From a virus, in IMG/VR virus record IMGVR_UViG_3300021961_000078, positions 4,118-68,117 of that record: a DNA stretch of 64,000 bases; one strand, written 5' to 3'. Made by a program: the position numbers and the translations under genes. Below the pieces are notes generated by a model, which saw nothing but the letters and a program-made list of their open reading frames with translations, was not told the DNA's origin and made no database searches. This document shows positions 25,414-36,100 of the stretch, piece after piece. The number at the start of each line of letters is the position of its first letter. Positions within the stretch are counted from its first letter, which is position 1.

Positions 25414-28077
25414 TCAATTCAGGAGCAATGGCAAGCCGTAGACCTGATGGGGACCGAAAGCGCAACCTGTTGCCATGAATCCAGCGCCTACAGAGTAGGA
25501 CGCCATACCCGTTGCCACTTGGTTGACGATCGATCCAGAGGGGACAAACTCGGTAATCACGCCAGAGGGGCAAGCGACAAAGGAGTTAATGATACCTGAG
25601 GTTGTACCTAGGCAGATATCATGAATCGATCCAGGTTGATTGAGGGCAACTGTAGTCCTAATAATCATAGGAGGTGCTACAGCAGGGAAAGGCAAGTCTG
25701 TTGCCAATTCCAGAATAGTGCCCTTCACAATACGGAAACTACCAGTCAGTGCAGCGAATGGATTAAACACTGCAATGATTTCTAGTCTTCCAGCATTCAG
25801 GAAGGATGTGATCCAGTTTGCCTCATTACTAATCTCACCATCAGCAACGTTTTCAATAGCGTTTGCTTCTGTGCGGACAGTCTGCGAGTTGATATTGATT
25901 GATTCAATACCAGTGATCTTCACCTTGTTACCTTGAATGGTAACGTCACCAGTGTAAGCGATGTTATGGTCACCTTCGATACGTTGAGCAGACTTTTGCT
26001 CCTTGTCATCTTCCAGTTTGGTTGACAACTGAGGACCCCAAGGTGTGCGTCCAAATTCATCAGCATCAGGGTGATAAGGAATCTTATCTACTGGATAGAA
26101 ACCATCCTTGAAGTTACCCTTAAAGTATTTTGCTCTCCTCGTTGCTCCAGGACTTTCAAGATTGAAAGTATCCGTAGATGCCTTAGAAGTGTTGCTAGTG
26201 CCACCCATCGATGCATAATCTGCCGACTTTGCTTTAGTCAGATCAGGTGCTTTAGAAGATCCTTCAGACTTGGATTGAGGTCCATTTGCTTTGTTTTCAT
26301 TCTTAGCACCAATGATCTCTTCATGGTAGTTACCCATGACTTTAAGATACATATCACCTTCGACGGTCAACACATAGTTGCCCTTGATGGTTTCACACTT
26401 ATCTCTAGCAACGATCTTAGTATCATTGTTAGGGACGTTTGTGTGGCGGTTGCCGAATGAATCTTGGAAGTCCGTTACACCACCAGGACCAGTCTCAATG
26501 CTCTTTTCCTTACCAGGAGTAGCATCAAAAATCTTAGATGCACCATTAAGGAAAGTTGTGACCTGCATCATGTAAGGATTGATATCCTCAAACATCTTGT
26601 CAACAAAACTCCCCTGTCCACCAGATCCAAAGGTGCCAGCATTCTTAGATCCAGAAGATACTAGAGATGCATAAGCACTACCTTGGACAGCAGAATCAAT
26701 ATCAACACATTCCGTGGTACCTATCAATGGATACCACGCTTTAGATCGCGGTCGTTTAATCTTCCTCCCACAATCTTTCTTGAAGAAGATACCAAGAATT
26801 GCCAGGATGAGAGCAATCAGACTACCCCAATCCAAGTTGGTGAAGTCAAACTCAAAGATCATACTAACAGTTTGACCTAAGCGACCTGCAACTTCACCCA
26901 GAGATCTAGCAGTATTAACTGCTGAAATGATATCACCAGTAATACTAGACATCTTCTGAATAGCAGCAGTAATGCCTTCCAGAATACGACTCGTAACACC
27001 ATCAACAGCAGCAGAGATTGCAGCACCAATAGCACTGAAAACTTTATCTACAACTAAGGTTGCAATAGAGTTTGCAAAGTTTGCCGTATCTGACAATGCC
27101 CCCTGCACCAATCCTAACCAGGCAGGTTTTGGAGCACAGAAGATGTCAAATATCTGATCTAGGAAACTCAGGATAGTGAGAATAACACCTAGAGGAATAA
27201 AGTTAGAAATTAGCTTAACCAGAGCATTGATAACTGTAGCAACTGCCTTTGCCATCACCTCTTTAATGGGTGCTAGCAGTGCTGCAATACCACCAGACAA
27301 GAAGTTTACGATCTTACCCAGGTGCTCCAGAATCTTATCACCAGCAATCCTATTACCAGTAATCATGGAGACAAATCCACCAGGACCAGATCCTAATGCT
27401 GCTGCCATATTGCCCAACTCAGTGAGCATTCTCCTGATATCTGTTTCAAAACCTTCACCTGCAGATCCAGCAACACCGTCTGCAATGGATTGTTTTTCTA
27501 CAGGAGGTTTCTTGGGGTTAGTAACAGCATTACCAGGAGTCTTTGTCTCCAAGATACTCAGACCACCTCTAGATTCATCCGTGCCACCTGCTTCTGATAC
27601 TGGTGCAGTATTCTGATCCTTTACAAAACTATTACCTGCTCTAGCATCTTGATTAACTGCAGTCTGTGCTTGTTTATTATTTGCAGGTTTATTCTTCTCT
27701 GCGTCCTCAGGATCTGCAACTGTAGTCAGTTTATCATTCTCACCTTCTTGGAAACCTCGGAAAGCACCAAGCACAACGGGCAACTGTGCTTCATCACCAT
27801 CAAGGAAGAATCCCAATACCCATGCGCCAGGTTGCAACTCTGATGTAACACCAGTGTTTTTCGTGCCTGCCTGATTAGTAGGCAGCAAAACCATTGCCCA
27901 AGGAAGCACCTCAGTAGGAACTTCTTTTACATAATCTTGCTTCTGTTTGTGACCCGTATACCAACCAAGGATACGCACACGGACTCTACCCAGTTGAGAA
28001 GGATCGCTGATATCCTCAACTTCTCCAATCCACCAAGTATAACCGTCTCTTCCTAAGTAATCAGTGCGCTCTCTCAT
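25414..28077 (-). CDS. gp5: Baseplate hub/central spike (gp5-like; no lysozyme domain seen)
   Basis: WWIGEVEDISDPSQLGRVRVRILGW..LPWA..WVLGFFLDG OB domain; beta-helix-like repeats (IKGNYVLTVEGDMYLKVMGNY). Confidence 0.88.
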   Translation of the reverse strand: MRERTDYLGRDGYTWWIGEVEDISDPSQLGRVRVRILGWYTGHKQKQDYVKEVPTEVLPWAMVLLPTNQAGTKNTGVTSELQPGAWVLGFFLDGDEAQLPVVLGAFRGFQEGENDKLTTVADPEDAEKNKPANNKQAQTAVNQDARAGNSFVKDQNTAPVSEAGGTDESRGGLSILETKTPGNAVTNPKKPPVEKQSIADGVAGSAGEGFETDIRRMLTELGNMAAALGSGPGGFVSMITGNRIAGDKILEHLGKIVNFLSGGIAALLAPIKEVMAKAVATVINALVKLISNFIPLGVILTILSFLDQIFDIFCAPKPAWLGLVQGALSDTANFANSIATLVVDKVFSAIGAAISAAVDGVTSRILEGITAAIQKMSSITGDIISAVNTARSLGEVAGRLGQTVSMIFEFDFTNLDWGSLIALILAILGIFFKKDCGRKIKRPRSKAWYPLIGTTECVDIDSAVQGSAYASLVSSGSKNAGTFGSGGQGSFVDKMFEDINPYMMQVTTFLNGASKIFDATPGKEKSIETGPGGVTDFQDSFGNRHTNVPNNDTKIVARDKCETIKGNYVLTVEGDMYLKVMGNYHEEIIGAKNENKANGPQSKSEGSSKAPDLTKAKSADYASMGGTSNTSKASTDTFNLESPGATRRAKYFKGNFKDGFYPVDKIPYHPDADEFGRTPWGPQLSTKLEDDKEQKSAQRIEGDHNIAYTGDVTIQGNKVKITGIESININSQTVRTEANAIENVADGEISNEANWITSFLNAGRLEIIAVFNPFAALTGSFRIVKGTILELATDLPFPAVAPPMIIRTTVALNQPGSIHDICLGTTSGIINSFVACPSGVITEFVPSGSIVNQVATGMASYSVGAGFMATGCAFGPHQVYGLPLLLN

Positions 28078-28102
28078 TGTGTCAGACTTTTCGTGTGATT
28101 AT

Positions 28103-28561
28103 TTATCCAATTCTTACAAACTGAAATTCTCCTTCTGAAGGATCCTTACCCCAAAGGAAATGGTTTGTTTCGATATCAAAACCAGTATCTAAAGATCGAT
28201 ACTCTTGACCGTTGAATCTTGCTTTGGATTCAACTCTTGCGTTGCCATGAATACAATCTCCGTTGGTTGTCCCATTCCACCATTCACCATCCCAAGTCCA
28301 AATATAAGGACATACTTCTTTCTCCTTAAGAAGATCTTTGGTGGTGAATACAACCGTGTTTTCAGAAGTATATTCCCAACTGTGTTGAGAGTGTTTGTAA
28401 GGATTCTTCTCTCCTTTATACTTATACCAAGATTTAGACTCTAAGAGTCCATATCCAATGCTGATGATACGAATGTCGATCTGAGGCCATTTAGCAGGAT
28501 TGGACATCGCCTGCCTTTGATTTCTATAATGACCCTGTATTAGTTCTTCAAAGCTATTCAT
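28103..28561 (-). CDS. cpeT: CpeT/CpcT-like phycobilin lyase
   Basis: GHYRNQRQAMSNPAKW, SWYKY..NPYK, SLDTGFD....LWG....FQF. Confidence 0.85.
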   Translation of the reverse strand: MNSFEELIQGHYRNQRQAMSNPAKWPQIDIRIISIGYGLLESKSWYKYKGEKNPYKHSQHSWEYTSENTVVFTTKDLLKEKEVCPYIWTWDGEWWNGTTNGDCIHGNARVESKARFNGQEYRSLDTGFDIETNHFLWGKDPSEGEFQFVRIG

Positions 28562-28580
28562 TGCAACCCTTACATGGTTG

Positions 28581-28609
28581 ATTATAATTATAATTTAGAG
28601 ACCTGTCAA
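28581..28609 (-). promoter_or_regulatory. Consensus sigma70 promoter for cpeT
   Basis: TTGACA-17bp-TATAAT. Confidence 0.8.
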
Positions 28610-28818
28610 GCGTCGTAAAACTTGCACTCAGGCTCTGAAGGATTCGCGTCGCAATACAATTCCAACGATGTGGGATCGTGGTGATCATTTGGATGCTTTT
28701 CATGATATGCTTCTAGCTGCTCCAATTCATCCTCAATGTGACGACGACGCTGTGGAGAAATGTTTCCATCATCCAACTGCTTTCGATCCACCTCAATATG
28801 TTTTTCGATACTTTCCAT
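28606..28818 (-). CDS. cp12: CP12 Calvin cycle inhibitor
   Basis: SPQRRRH.E.ELE.L, LELYCDANPSEPECKFYD. Confidence 0.95.
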   Translation of the reverse strand: MESIEKHIEVDRKQLDDGNISPQRRRHIEDELEQLEAYHEKHPNDHHDPTSLELYCDANPSEPECKFYDA

Positions 28819-28846
28819 TATTAGTATCCGTATAAACTAAAATTAT

Positions 28847-30202
28847 TTATTCCTTGACCGAATCGCGTGTTAGAGTTAGTTGGGTAGTCATACCCTCTTT
28901 CTCCCAGGTGTGGGAGACACCTGCAATCAGATACTTGCCACTATATCTTTTATCTTCATCCACCTTACCTGAGGTGCCTGCAACAGGATCTTCACCAGGA
29001 GTCTGTTTAGCAGCAGGGATTACCACTTTGAGTATCTGACCTGCACACAATGCAGTATTACCAGGAATTACAATTGTCAATTGAATAGATTTCAACAAAC
29101 TATATCTGGCAGAAGCATATAGTGCTACCATCTGAGTATCATTATTTCCTTCAGTGCCTGCTTTAGGATCACCACTTCCCTCTTGATTCTTCAACTTAGG
29201 TAGATTTCTGATGTGCATTCTAGTGGGTGCCGCATCCTCAATTTCTTCTGTCAATTCATATGGAGGTTTGTCTTCAATATGACTTGCCATACCGAAGACT
29301 TGTTTGTAGTTAATCTCCTTTGGTGCTCCAATAGTCCCACGCTTGTCATTCTTACCAGAATCTGTAGTCTGAGTGTCAGTAACCTTAGGCATAGAAATAC
29401 CAATGGTGAGTGACTTGTATGTGCCAAGTCTCATATTCCTAAGGTGATCTGCCTTATCAGGATATTGCACACTCTCAATAGCATACATACCGTCTTCTGG
29501 TGGATCTGCACCCTGCTGGACTAACTTATACTCAAACTTCTCAGCACCATCAATAGCACCTTCGCAAAGACCATCGATGGAATAGAATACAAAACCTTTC
29601 TTGGTTTCAAAGAATAGGAATCCAGTTTGCTTTGTTGATCCCTTACCACCCTTCTTTCTTGTTACCTTGTCACAGATGTGTGAAATAGCATCAGTAACTT
29701 TCCAGTTAGGTGAAATGAAATTGATTGTGCTGTGGTCTTCAAAGTATTTTGACTTGACCCTATCCTGTGCCTCCCAATACTTTGTACATAAGTGTTTGGG
29801 AATGTTTGGTTTATTAACAGCGCCCTTCATAGGACCGAATGATTTGAATACCTTCTTCAATTCATTCTTGTAGATCTGTGGTGTTGAGCAATGAAGAATA
29901 TACATCTGACCACGCTCAGACTTGATAATGCTACCAATTTTGAAGACCTTCAATTCAATCTCTAGAGGATCTCCTTTGGAGCTCTTAGTTTCAATCTCCA
30001 ATTCAATCTTTTCTCCACCCATCAACAGCAGGTTGAAGTCAATTGCATCAACGATGGTAAAGTCTGCACGAATAAAAGGTGCCTCGATCGCTTCGTGGTA
30101 ACTGAAGTCGGTGACAATATCTCTGATATCATAACTCTTACCACCAACTGTGGTAAGCACCATCTTCTTTAATTCGTGTAATCTAGCTCTTCTATTTGCC
30201 AT
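28847..30202 (-). CDS. Baseplate hub protein (gp27-like)
   Basis: FLFFETKKGFVF.SID, IVIPGNTAL.AG, SGKYLIAGVSH, LTLTRDS; position in baseplate module. Confidence 0.7.
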   Translation of the reverse strand: MANRRARLHELKKMVLTTVGGKSYDIRDIVTDFSYHEAIEAPFIRADFTIVDAIDFNLLLMGGEKIELEIETKSSKGDPLEIELKVFKIGSIIKSERGQMYILHCSTPQIYKNELKKVFKSFGPMKGAVNKPNIPKHLCTKYWEAQDRVKSKYFEDHSTINFISPNWKVTDAISHICDKVTRKKGGKGSTKQTGFLFFETKKGFVFYSIDGLCEGAIDGAEKFEYKLVQQGADPPEDGMYAIESVQYPDKADHLRNMRLGTYKSLTIGISMPKVTDTQTTDSGKNDKRGTIGAPKEINYKQVFGMASHIEDKPPYELTEEIEDAAPTRMHIRNLPKLKNQEGSGDPKAGTEGNNDTQMVALYASARYSLLKSIQLTIVIPGNTALCAGQILKVVIPAAKQTPGEDPVAGTSGKVDEDKRYSGKYLIAGVSHTWEKEGMTTQLTLTRDSVKE

Positions 30203-33141
30203 TACATTAAGTCTACCATGTCGTTATTGAAGTCTGCTACCAGACCAAATTTAGGCATAAGGAATGGATCTGCTTCCATCTTAGTCCTGCCAGGCATTAC
30301 GATTGAAGGTGCCATAGAGGCAGCAGCCCCAGAGTTTTGAATGATTGGTGGCATACTGAATGCAGTCGAAACATTTGCACTATCAAAACCCGCAAATAAC
30401 TCATTGAATTTCTTTTCATTCTGCTCAACTTCATCCAACTGTGCTTTATTCACTTTGAATCCTGTATAGTCTTGCTCATTCTTAACAGAATCGGTCATCA
30501 CCTCACCAAACTTTTTGAGACTTGCTTTAAGAGCATCAAATGGATCTTCAGAGTCTTTATCAGATGTTTGAGATGCTTGACGCTCAGCATCAGTTACTAC
30601 ATCAACATTCTTCATTTCAGCAGGAGCAGCACCCTCAAGTAAATCACCAGTCTCAGGATCTTTAGCACCAGGCAATGCAGATACTTTTTCACCATCTTTA
30701 TCTGTGCCTTCAAGTGCCAATTCTACTGCAGCTCTTGCAGCAAGTTGTCTTGCTTCAGTATCACTTCTTCCTTGTGCCTTCCAATTGGCATAATTCTGTT
30801 GGTATGACTTGTTATAGAAATATCCAATGAGTGCTTGAGGATCTGGTTTAATGCTCTTTACCTCATAGTTAAATGCTTCTGTGCCTTCTTTAGAAGATCC
30901 ACTGCGTTTCCCGTGTTTCTTCTTGAGCCAATCTTTGAAACCACCACTTTGGGTGACAGCATTAAACTCATCGCTGCCAGGTTTCACACCAGTCAACTCT
31001 TCACCCATACCCATGAAACCTGCCTTCACCCTCTTGCTGACATTCTTGACAGTTACATCACCACCACTTTCGGTGTATTTGACATAATACGTCTTGTCAT
31101 TAAGCACCAGACCTGTAGTATTATGAGCACCACTTCCATATGAAACAGGATCAAACTTACCACCTTCAGAAAACTTAGGTAGAGTTGGTTTAATTGCACC
31201 ACCAACCGAGAATCCAGGCATACCATATCCACCAGCAGATGCTTGACGCATCCTCATCTTGGTAAGTCCAGGATTCTTCCTAGTCGCTGGAGTATCGAAT
31301 GGCACAACGAATGCACCACCCTGAGCAAATCCTTTATAACCTACCCATTCCGTGCCGTGACCGATGAATGATGTGCTACGCCCACCATCTAAGGACACAG
31401 GATACCCAGATTGCGGTCCTGAGATCCATCCACCACGAGCAAATCCTGGCATAGGCATTGGTTGCACGGATCTTACCGCACCACCTTCTGCAAATCCGAG
31501 TAATCCTTTCCCCCAATTCCATGCTTTACTTATCAAACTACCAGCAGCAGATGCTACAGCGCCTACAGGATTCAAGGCAAACTTAGCAATAGCAGCACCA
31601 ATAATCTTAACAGACTCCAGGATACCACCTGGCTCCATCAAGATATCATACAATGCGCTCCAGAATTTCTCCTCTTTTGACATCAGTGGGCTAGCATTGC
31701 CACCTTCTGCCAATTTGGGCAGTATGACAGGAGATCTTACTTTGCCGCCTGCTGCCTTACCTTCCTTCGCTGATCCTTTACCTTGTGCCTTCTTAGGTGT
31801 GAAGAATTTCAGCACTGCGGTCAGTGCTTTAATACCCAAGAATAGAGGGAAGAATGTTGCCTTAACACCAAATCCTAAGATCTTGGTGAGCATTGGTAGG
31901 TGAGGCTCAACAGCATCTAAGATGCCATTCATAAATCCACCCAACGCCTCAAAGAATCCACCGATAGCATCCTTGATAGGTGCCATCACAGCGTTGAATA
32001 CATTGCCGATCATTCCGAAGAATCTCTTGATCGGCTCAAAGATGGGCTCGATTAGTTTACCAATACCTTGACCAACAGCACCACCAGCGAGACCGCCAAC
32101 AGCACCGCCAATCATCCCCCCTAGAGGACCGCCAACAGCACTACCAATAGCACCACCCACTGCGGTGCCAGCACCTGCTCCTACGCCCGCTCCAAGCGCC
32201 TCTGCGGTGCTCCCACCAGACGCAGCGACACCGATCGCAGCAATAGATCCAGCACCTAGGACACCAGCAGCACGAGCATACTTGCTCTTGGCAAATGCCT
32301 TCATCTTTCCAGCAAGTTTCCCTGCCTTGAAAAGATTCATTATGCCCTTACCTAAGGTGCCAACTACCCAGGTAAGTGCTTTTACTGTAGCAATAGGATT
32401 CTTGAGGAATGCCATACCCACAAATAGTGGGGCAGCAGACAGCAGAAACTGTATTGCACCGAATAATCCTTTTATACTAATAGGATTCTCAAGGAAACGG
32501 ATGAGACCATCGAGTGCCGATCCGACCAGAAAATTGGCAATCTTGAAGATAAATTTTCCGAGAGAGACAAGTCCTTTGGCGAGTTTCTCAACCTTATCTG
32601 GATTCTTTGACATCCAATCGAGGATACCAAAGATAACAAAATACTTGAGAAAGAAACCAGCAATCCTCGCAAGAGCACCAAACATTCCACCGAATGCTTT
32701 CTTAGTCTCTTCCTTAAACTTCTCAGTGATTTTTCCAAATAGACCAGGCTGTGACTTTTCAGATTCTTCTTCTGATTTGTCTCTTCTTTTTCTTGCCTCT
32801 TCTTTTTTCTTCTTGGTTAACTCGTCCTTTCTTCTTTTCTCTTCAGACTTCTTTGCCTTTTCTTCTGTCTTGAAGATCTTGTCTGCATTCTTGATCTGCT
32901 CACCTACAGACTTACCCAATGACTCTGAGAGTTTCTCTACAGAAAGTGCCATACTATTCAAAGTAGCACCCATTGAGTTGAGACCACTCAGAATAGATTT
33001 AACGCCCGATTGCACCTCCCCCATTGCCTGAGCAGCAGTGAGTGGGGTAAACTTACTAGCCGCACCAGTAGATCCCTTATAAGAGATCATCTTATAAAGT
33101 TTTGCTTTGGGGACTCTAGATACTGGTTTAGTCTCTGCCAT
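30202..33141 (-). CDS. Tape-measure/hub-like virion protein (979 aa)
   Basis: Lys/Glu coiled coil, Gly/Ala-rich hydrophobic tract, multiple FAxGG motifs. Confidence 0.65.
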   Translation of the reverse strand: MAETKPVSRVPKAKLYKMISYKGSTGAASKFTPLTAAQAMGEVQSGVKSILSGLNSMGATLNSMALSVEKLSESLGKSVGEQIKNADKIFKTEEKAKKSEEKRRKDELTKKKKEEARKRRDKSEEESEKSQPGLFGKITEKFKEETKKAFGGMFGALARIAGFFLKYFVIFGILDWMSKNPDKVEKLAKGLVSLGKFIFKIANFLVGSALDGLIRFLENPISIKGLFGAIQFLLSAAPLFVGMAFLKNPIATVKALTWVVGTLGKGIMNLFKAGKLAGKMKAFAKSKYARAAGVLGAGSIAAIGVAASGGSTAEALGAGVGAGAGTAVGGAIGSAVGGPLGGMIGGAVGGLAGGAVGQGIGKLIEPIFEPIKRFFGMIGNVFNAVMAPIKDAIGGFFEALGGFMNGILDAVEPHLPMLTKILGFGVKATFFPLFLGIKALTAVLKFFTPKKAQGKGSAKEGKAAGGKVRSPVILPKLAEGGNASPLMSKEEKFWSALYDILMEPGGILESVKIIGAAIAKFALNPVGAVASAAGSLISKAWNWGKGLLGFAEGGAVRSVQPMPMPGFARGGWISGPQSGYPVSLDGGRSTSFIGHGTEWVGYKGFAQGGAFVVPFDTPATRKNPGLTKMRMRQASAGGYGMPGFSVGGAIKPTLPKFSEGGKFDPVSYGSGAHNTTGLVLNDKTYYVKYTESGGDVTVKNVSKRVKAGFMGMGEELTGVKPGSDEFNAVTQSGGFKDWLKKKHGKRSGSSKEGTEAFNYEVKSIKPDPQALIGYFYNKSYQQNYANWKAQGRSDTEARQLAARAAVELALEGTDKDGEKVSALPGAKDPETGDLLEGAAPAEMKNVDVVTDAERQASQTSDKDSEDPFDALKASLKKFGEVMTDSVKNEQDYTGFKVNKAQLDEVEQNEKKFNELFAGFDSANVSTAFSMPPIIQNSGAAASMAPSIVMPGRTKMEADPFLMPKFGLVADFNNDMVDLM

Positions 33142-36100
33142 TACTTATTATGGGTTAGCAGGGGGGATGGCTTTGTATGAATAATATTTGGTGCTTGTCC
33201 ACCTCTGTTATTTATTACTGGTTGTTGTATCGTATTGGTAACTACTGTTGGGGGCGCAATGACAGTCTTCCTGTCCTTATCTCTTTGTGCCTTCTTTCTC
33301 ACTTTGTTTTGCAGATCAACAAATTGCTTGACCTTTGTGCCAGTAATCTCACTCTGAGAGATCATTGCTCTCTGTTTTGTAGCACTCTCAAGCGCATCCC
33401 CCCTGAGAGTCCTATATCCACGCAACCCAGAAGAAACATCGAGATCCGTTGATCCCATCATATTCATAAATGCTTTTCTAAAGTCACCTTCAAATGTCTT
33501 CATCAGTTGATCGACAGACTCATCCAGAGTCAACTCTTTTTCGGGTTTAGTAGATGCACCAGAATCCCCACCACCAGTTTCAGAAGTCTGACCTTCGGAT
33601 GTAGTGCTTTCTATATCCTTTCCATCACCAAATTTTTTGGATGGTTTAATAGATCTTGGTGCCTTCCACCACCAAACATCACCATCTGGCAATTGGTTTT
33701 GGAAGAGATTCTTATCCATGAAGTAATACTTACCAGGACCATCTGTCTTATTACCAGAACTGTTAGTCTTCTTCCAGGTCCCGCCATGATTAAGTTGTCC
33801 GAATGGATCATGGACCACAAATCCATTATTTTTGTATCCAACCACCATACCCCAGTGTCCAGATCCCTTATACTTAAATCCCACAGGGATTGGATATCCT
33901 GCATCAATTTCAGATCTCAGATTTGACCAGCTGCCACCAGTCCTAAGTGATGAATCAATACCAAAATCTGCAAGTGCCTTTCTTTGAGGATTTGCTTCTG
34001 TTGAAGATCCGTATTTCTGTCTTACTTTATTATAGTCCTCAGATGTCATCGACTTGCCAAGCAATTGCGATGTCCACATTGCCATTGTGGTTGAATAGCA
34101 CTGCGTATCTCCAGGACGACCAAACTTATCTTGCTTATTCGCTCTTTGATTTAAGTATGGGACATTCTGAATGATCTTACCACCCTCAGCAGCAAACTGA
34201 ATTCCAACACGGGGACTACGACCACTTTCCATAACAGTAGCTTCATCATTCCTTCTCCAGGAATTGACGCCCTTATTATGCTTTGCTAGTCTTTCCCTAT
34301 ATGCTTTGATGACAGGAGTATAATCTCCACTATCAAGTGCTTGTTTAACTAGACCACGAATACCTGCACCATCCAGAGATCCATAGTTAAACACGACAGA
34401 CTCAAGTGCTGCCTTTACTTTATCAGGTGCCTTACCATAACTGTCTCCAACTTCTCTAATGAGACGCGCACGGTGCTCTTTAATGTGTTTTGCTTTGATC
34501 CAATACGCTTCTTCCTTTGTGATCTTATCGCCTTTCTTTACCTTACCCGAAAGACGGAATCCTGATGGGTAGTAAGTAGCACCGATACCAATCGTGGGGA
34601 CACTCCATCCATGAATAGCATCTGGATACGCATTTTCTCGTATGCCTTCATAATTGCCAAGAAGTGCAGCAAACTTAGTATCAAAGTCTCCAGATACGGG
34701 GACATCACCAGCACCAGCACCACTGCTAGGAGTGCCATCAGATGCTGCACCAGCACCAGGAGTAGATCCAGGTTGGGTTGCTGCCTGTGCCTTTCCACCC
34801 GTAAGACCAGACACAAAATCAACGATAGTCTTAAGGACACCGATGAAACCATTATCACCAGTGTCTGTCAAGATATCTAATACGTCTTGTCTCTTCTTCT
34901 CGGTGCGTGTCATAAAGACACCACCCGCAGCAAATTCTACAGGACCACCTGCTGCTCTTTTATTATATCCATCAAAATCAAAGAGATTAAAGGTCAGCAT
35001 ATCAGCATAACCTTTTGCCACGCTCATGGGATCCATGAGACGTTTTGCATTGTTAATTACAAACTGGACGGTCTTGCCAATGGTATCCATGATACCACCA
35101 AATATAAAGTCTGCGAAATCCTTAAGGATCCCAGCAACCTCCATAAGGATACTGGCAAGTTGACCAACAAAGTCAAATAGTGCGCTGAATAATTCTTTGA
35201 TTGGTTGGAATACTTCACCAAAGACACCAGACACGACCTTAAACATCATGCCAAAGTATCTCTTGATTGGTCCGAAGATGGGCTCCAAGAGGGGACCCAA
35301 CTCACCACCAACCCACTCACCAAGGAAACTACCGATCGCACTACCAACCATGGGTGCGAAGGGACCCAGGAAGGGTCCTAGGAGCGCCGTGCCTGCCGCT
35401 GCACCGAGCACACCGCCTGCTGCCTGCCCTACACCTGCCCCAACCGCTTTACCAGCACTCTCACCTGCTGCAAGACCTCCTGCAATGCGTGTAACACCAC
35501 CTAGGATTGAGACTCCAGCAGCAACTTTACCAGGATTCGCCTTTGCAAAGTTGTTGAATCCCTTATTGAGTTTTTTACCAGCGATCCTTCCACGCTGTTG
35601 TAATTTTCCTAGAGGACCCTTCTGTCTACTTCCATATTGACCCTGAAGTCTTTGTTTTAATTCATCTTGATACAGAGAGGACTTCATGCCCTTGCCTGCT
35701 TTCTTGCCTCTCTTGGCATCAGCACGCTGGGCAGATTTTCTCATCTGCTCTACTTCTTCCTTGGTATAGATGACTCCTGTCTTCTTGTCTCTATACCCAG
35801 TCATTCTCTTTTCACGAGAGACCTCAGTTTCCGCCTCCATTGCTGCTTGGCGACTGAAGATCCCTCTAACAAAGTTGATGTCTTGCATCAACTTCCATGG
35901 CATCATGACATACTGTGCTGCCTTCAGGGCAGCAACACCACCAAGTAATTGGAATGCACCAAGAAGGAATCTGAATCCTCTCTTTACTATATTCTCATTG
36001 ATGCCATCTGCACTGAAATCACCAAACATGTTGGTGAGTCCATTCATGACCCCATTGATACCAAAACTTGCTATGTTATAAGCAAATTTACCGATATGAT

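Noticed and set aside
32165-33031. 288-aa + strand ORF and similar + strand ORFs (1072-1668, 17004-17627, 55531-56058)
   Set aside because: Antisense shadows of well-supported - strand genes with no motifs of their own
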